This document shows, in pieces, positions 50,306 to 64,000 of a DNA stretch of 64,000 nt. Positions within the stretch are counted from its first letter, which is position 1, and every line of letters starts with the position of its first letter. Where the stretch lies: the NCBI GenBank assembly GCA_002269645.1, contig NIVC01000494.1, positions 310,001 to 374,000 of the forward strand. The letters run 5' to 3'. The position numbers and the translations under genes are program-made. The notes beneath the pieces are model-generated. The model saw nothing but the letters and a program-made list of their open reading frames with translations. It did no database searches and was not told the origin of the DNA. Source of the stretch: Macrostomum lignano. Lineage: Eukaryota.

Positions 50306-51949
50306 TTGCGGAATAATTGTTTCGTGTTGGTCACACTTTTTTAAATTCAAACACGTAGAATTTAGGTCCGTACATGTAGCTAAAAAACAATTCAGTAAAA
50401 CAAAACAACTTGCGACACATTTTTTAACTATTTAGAGACAATAAAATCAAGATGAATTTATCGTTTTTAAAATTCATAGAGCTGACATAAAATCGCTTAA
50501 AATTCTTAATCAGGATCGTTAAAATTAATGTACTCGTACTTGTATTATGAATATTTTAGTCATAGTATACCTGTTTATTGAAATATTTTATTTAATTATT
50601 TTTTCGGAAATAATTCTTTAACGCGTTTTGGAACTTCAGAGTTGACTCTTTTAATTTAAAGTAACTTTTTAACGCAAAGTCAATAATATATAACTATCGT
50701 CAATATTTTGCAAAAACTGCGGTTAATTTTGCTTGTTATTTTAAAGTAAATGTATAAAGGAACAAAAGTTTATTTTAAAATAAATCACACAAACACAGCG
50801 TAGCTAAATATTAATTTAAAAGCAGTAGACTTTTTAGCTACTTAGTCAGTAGTATGAAGCAATTTCGTCGTCGACTGATAAACGGAAGCAAAGTCAATAA
50901 AAAAGCATCAACTGTACGCCTTAGGGAAAAATGGAGCGATTAACTTAGGTGATAAAATAGGCCTATATATAGACTATAGGCCCAGACACTGAACGAACTC
51001 AAATGTAAGTTTTTATTGTTTCAACGTTTTTTCGGCACAACCGGCCAATCGAGACAGTTGTAATGGCCCATTCCACTGACTCCTGTGCAGATACACGAAT
51101 AAGCAAACTTCGTGCACGCAGAATCAAAGCACCATCCTCAACTGAGGATTTCTAAATCTAAATACGATTTCTTGAGTTAATAGCCCGGAACTTGACTAAC
51201 AGCCACGGACTTCTAAAAATAGTATCTGGACTGCACTGCCTCTCGCTAGCAACTTTTCCAAGTGATATGTTAATCTTAAAGCAAACTAAAACATATTACT
51301 CTAAAGTAGGCTGTTGCTTAAACTTATCAGAATAATTTGCAAGACTTTGATTTATCAATAGATTGTATTTTTAAAAAATTTATCAAAGCCATTATTAGAA
51401 TAATTTTATGCAGAAACTGCAGATCTTATATTTTATTATTAGTTTATCCTTTTAAAAATTCTATTAAGCAACAAAAACACACAATTTTGAAAATGTTCCA
51501 CTTAAAATACGTAAAATAAAATAAAATAGTTAAGCATATGTGCACGCTGCTATAAGTAGTATCACACCAATGCAGAATAAAGAAAGTTACTATTAGGGAA
51601 AACAATTGACGGCATTGACAACAATCAAAGCTGTCAAGCTTAAATAAAAAGAAATCAGACGCTACATGTTGGGAACTAGTTAACCCGGAAATTTTGATAT
51701 CATTTTTAACAAAGTATAAAGCTACTCAGAAGCCGAAAACATCAAAAGAATAATAAAAAAATTACTTCTTAATGTTGTCCGGCAAAATTAAAAGAAACTC
51801 GCTACATCAGTGGCATACCAATCTTAGACAAACTTGACTACTTACGGTGAATAGCAGTAGTAGAAATAGGACTTTTTATTAACTTCATTTACTCCTAGGA
51901 CTAGGACTTAGGACTCTTAATATTCCACAAAAGTGATCTGTCAGACCTG

Positions 51950-52950
51950 ATCTGACAGAGATCTGTAACTTCACGACAAAGATCTGTCACTCGATGACTA
52001 AGAGATCTGTCACTCCAGGACTAAGAGATCTGTCACTCCATGACTAAGAGATCTGTCACTCCAGGACTAAGAGATCTGTCACTCCAGGACTAAGAGATCT
52101 GTCACTCCAGGACTAAGAGATCTGTCACTCCGTGCCCAAGAGATCTGTCACTCCAGGACTAAGAGATCTGTCACTCCAGGACTAATAGTCTGTCACTCCA
52201 CAACCAAGAGATATGTCACTCTAGGACAAAGAGATCTGTCACTCCGTGCCCAAGAGATATGTCACTCCGTGCCCAAGAGATATGTCACTCCGTGCCCAAG
52301 AGATCTGTCACTCCGTGCACAAGAGATCTGCCACTCCGTGCCCAAGAGATCTGTCACTCCGTGCCAAGAGATCTGTCACTCCGTGCCCAAGAGATATGTC
52401 ACTCCGCGCCCAAGAGATCTGTCACTCCGTGCCCAAGAGATCTGTCACTCCAGGACTAAGAGATCTGTCACTCCATGACTAAGAGATCTGTCACTCCAGG
52501 ACTAAGATATCTGTCACTCCGGGACTAAGAGATCTGTCACTCCAGGACTAAGAGATCTGTCACTCCAGGACTAAGAGATCTGTCACTCCAGGACTAAGAG
52601 ATCTGTCACTCCAGGACTAAGAGATCTGTCACTCCGTGCCAAACAGATCTGTCACTCCGTGTCCAAGAGATCTGTCACTCCAGGACTAATAGTCTGCCAC
52701 TCCGTGCCCAAGAGATCTGTCACTCCGTGCCAAAGAGATATGTCACTCCGCGCCCAAGAGATCTGTCACTCCGTGCCCAAGAGATCTGTCACTCCGTGCC
52801 CAAGAGATCTGTCACTCCGCGCACAAGAGATCTGCCACTCCGTGTCCAAGAGATCTGTCACTCCGTGCCCAAGAGATCTGCCACTCCGTGCCCAAGAGAT
52901 CTGTCACTCCGTGCCAAAGAGATATGTCGCTCCGCGCCCAAGAGATATGT
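51950..52950. repeat. Minisatellite, 23-bp unit (AAGAGATCTGTCACTCCAGGACT / ...CCGTGCCC), just 3' of the copine stop
   Basis: Direct tandem copies; two main variants arranged in blocks. Confidence 0.96.
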
Positions 52951-53169
52951 CACCCTGTCGCATTTTCCCATAGAAACCAATCCTCAGAAGAAACAATTAA
53001 AACCAAAGCTTAATAAGAACAGCTGAACACAAAAAATCAATACAATAATCGCAAGGCAGCCATGGGTTAAATTGCAGATGAGCCCAACTGACACACAAAA
53101 GTACACAGAAGACACAGTTTAAGCAGAGTTGAACGGGGCAGTCATTTTGCATTAAGATCCTCTCCGCCG

Positions 53170-63356
<10,187 letters not shown>

Positions 63357-63404
63357 CTAGAAAGCGGGGCCGAGGTTTAAGGCTTAACTCAATAGGTAGA
63401 GGGG

Positions 63405-64000
63405 TATAAGGTGAGGGCCGTAAAGCGCCAGGTGAGGGCCGTAAAACCCCAGGTGAGGGCCGAAAAGCGCCAGGTGAGGGCCGGAAAACCCCAGGTGAGG
63501 GCCGTAAAGCGCCAGGTGAGGGCCGTAAAGCGCCAGGTGAGGGCCGGAAAACCCCAGGTGAGGGCCGGAAAACCCCAGGTGAGGGCCGTAAAGCGCCAGG
63601 TGAGGGCCGGAAAACCCCAGGTGAGGGTCATAAAACCTAAAGTGAGGGTCGTAAAAATCTTAAGGTGAGGGCCATAAAACCTCAGGTAATAGCCATAAAA
63701 CCCCAGATGAGGGCCAAAAAACCGCAGGTGAGAGCCATAAAACCCCAGGTGAGGGCCATAAAACCGCAGGTGAGAGCCATGAAACCCGAGGTGAGGGCCA
63801 TAAAAACACCAAGTTAGGATCATAAAAAACACCCGCCGAATGAGGGCCATAAAACAACAGGTAAGGGTCATTAAAAAACTGGTGAGGGTCATTGAACCCC
63901 AAGTGAGGGCCATAAAACCCCAGGTGAGGGCCATAAAACCCCAGGTGAGGGCCATAAAACCCCAGGTGAGGGCCATAAAACCCCAGGTGAGGGCCATAAA
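63405..64000. repeat. Minisatellite, 21-bp unit (GGTGAGGGCCATAAAACCCCA), runs off the window edge
   Basis: Direct tandem copies in a copine intron. Confidence 0.96.

Overview
Eukaryotic (metazoan) genomic DNA with GC-rich exons and GT-AG introns, most of them filled by an intron-specific minisatellite. This style suggests a free-living flatworm such as Macrostomum, but that assignment is inference only. Host genes reconstructed by hand: SRP72 (8 exons, minus), a secreted protein with three tandem F-type (fucolectin) domains (7 exons, plus), UQCRH (single coding exon, minus), GAPDH (2 exons, minus), a frameshifted PAN/Apple plus F-type lectin gene (plus) and a copine (9 exons in the window, 5' part beyond the right edge, minus). 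Mobile DNA: the most striking item is a structurally complete, young ~9.9 kb Ty3/Gypsy-type LTR element (29589-39467, minus). It has ~2 kb near-identical LTRs, an 18-nt tRNA-Leu PBS, a PPT and a 4-bp TSD, but encodes only Gag plus protease, with no RT, RNase H or integrase. It is nested in a foldback element, and a solo LTR of the same family lies 6.6 kb away in inverted orientation. Also present are hAT-type MITEs carrying internal minisatellites, Mutator-like foldback/MITE elements, a decayed MULE transposase and a tRNA-headed CORE-like SINE. No CRISPR array, rRNA or true tRNA gene was seen. Most long ORFs in the supplied track are artefacts of tandem repeats. All coordinates and counts were derived by eye.
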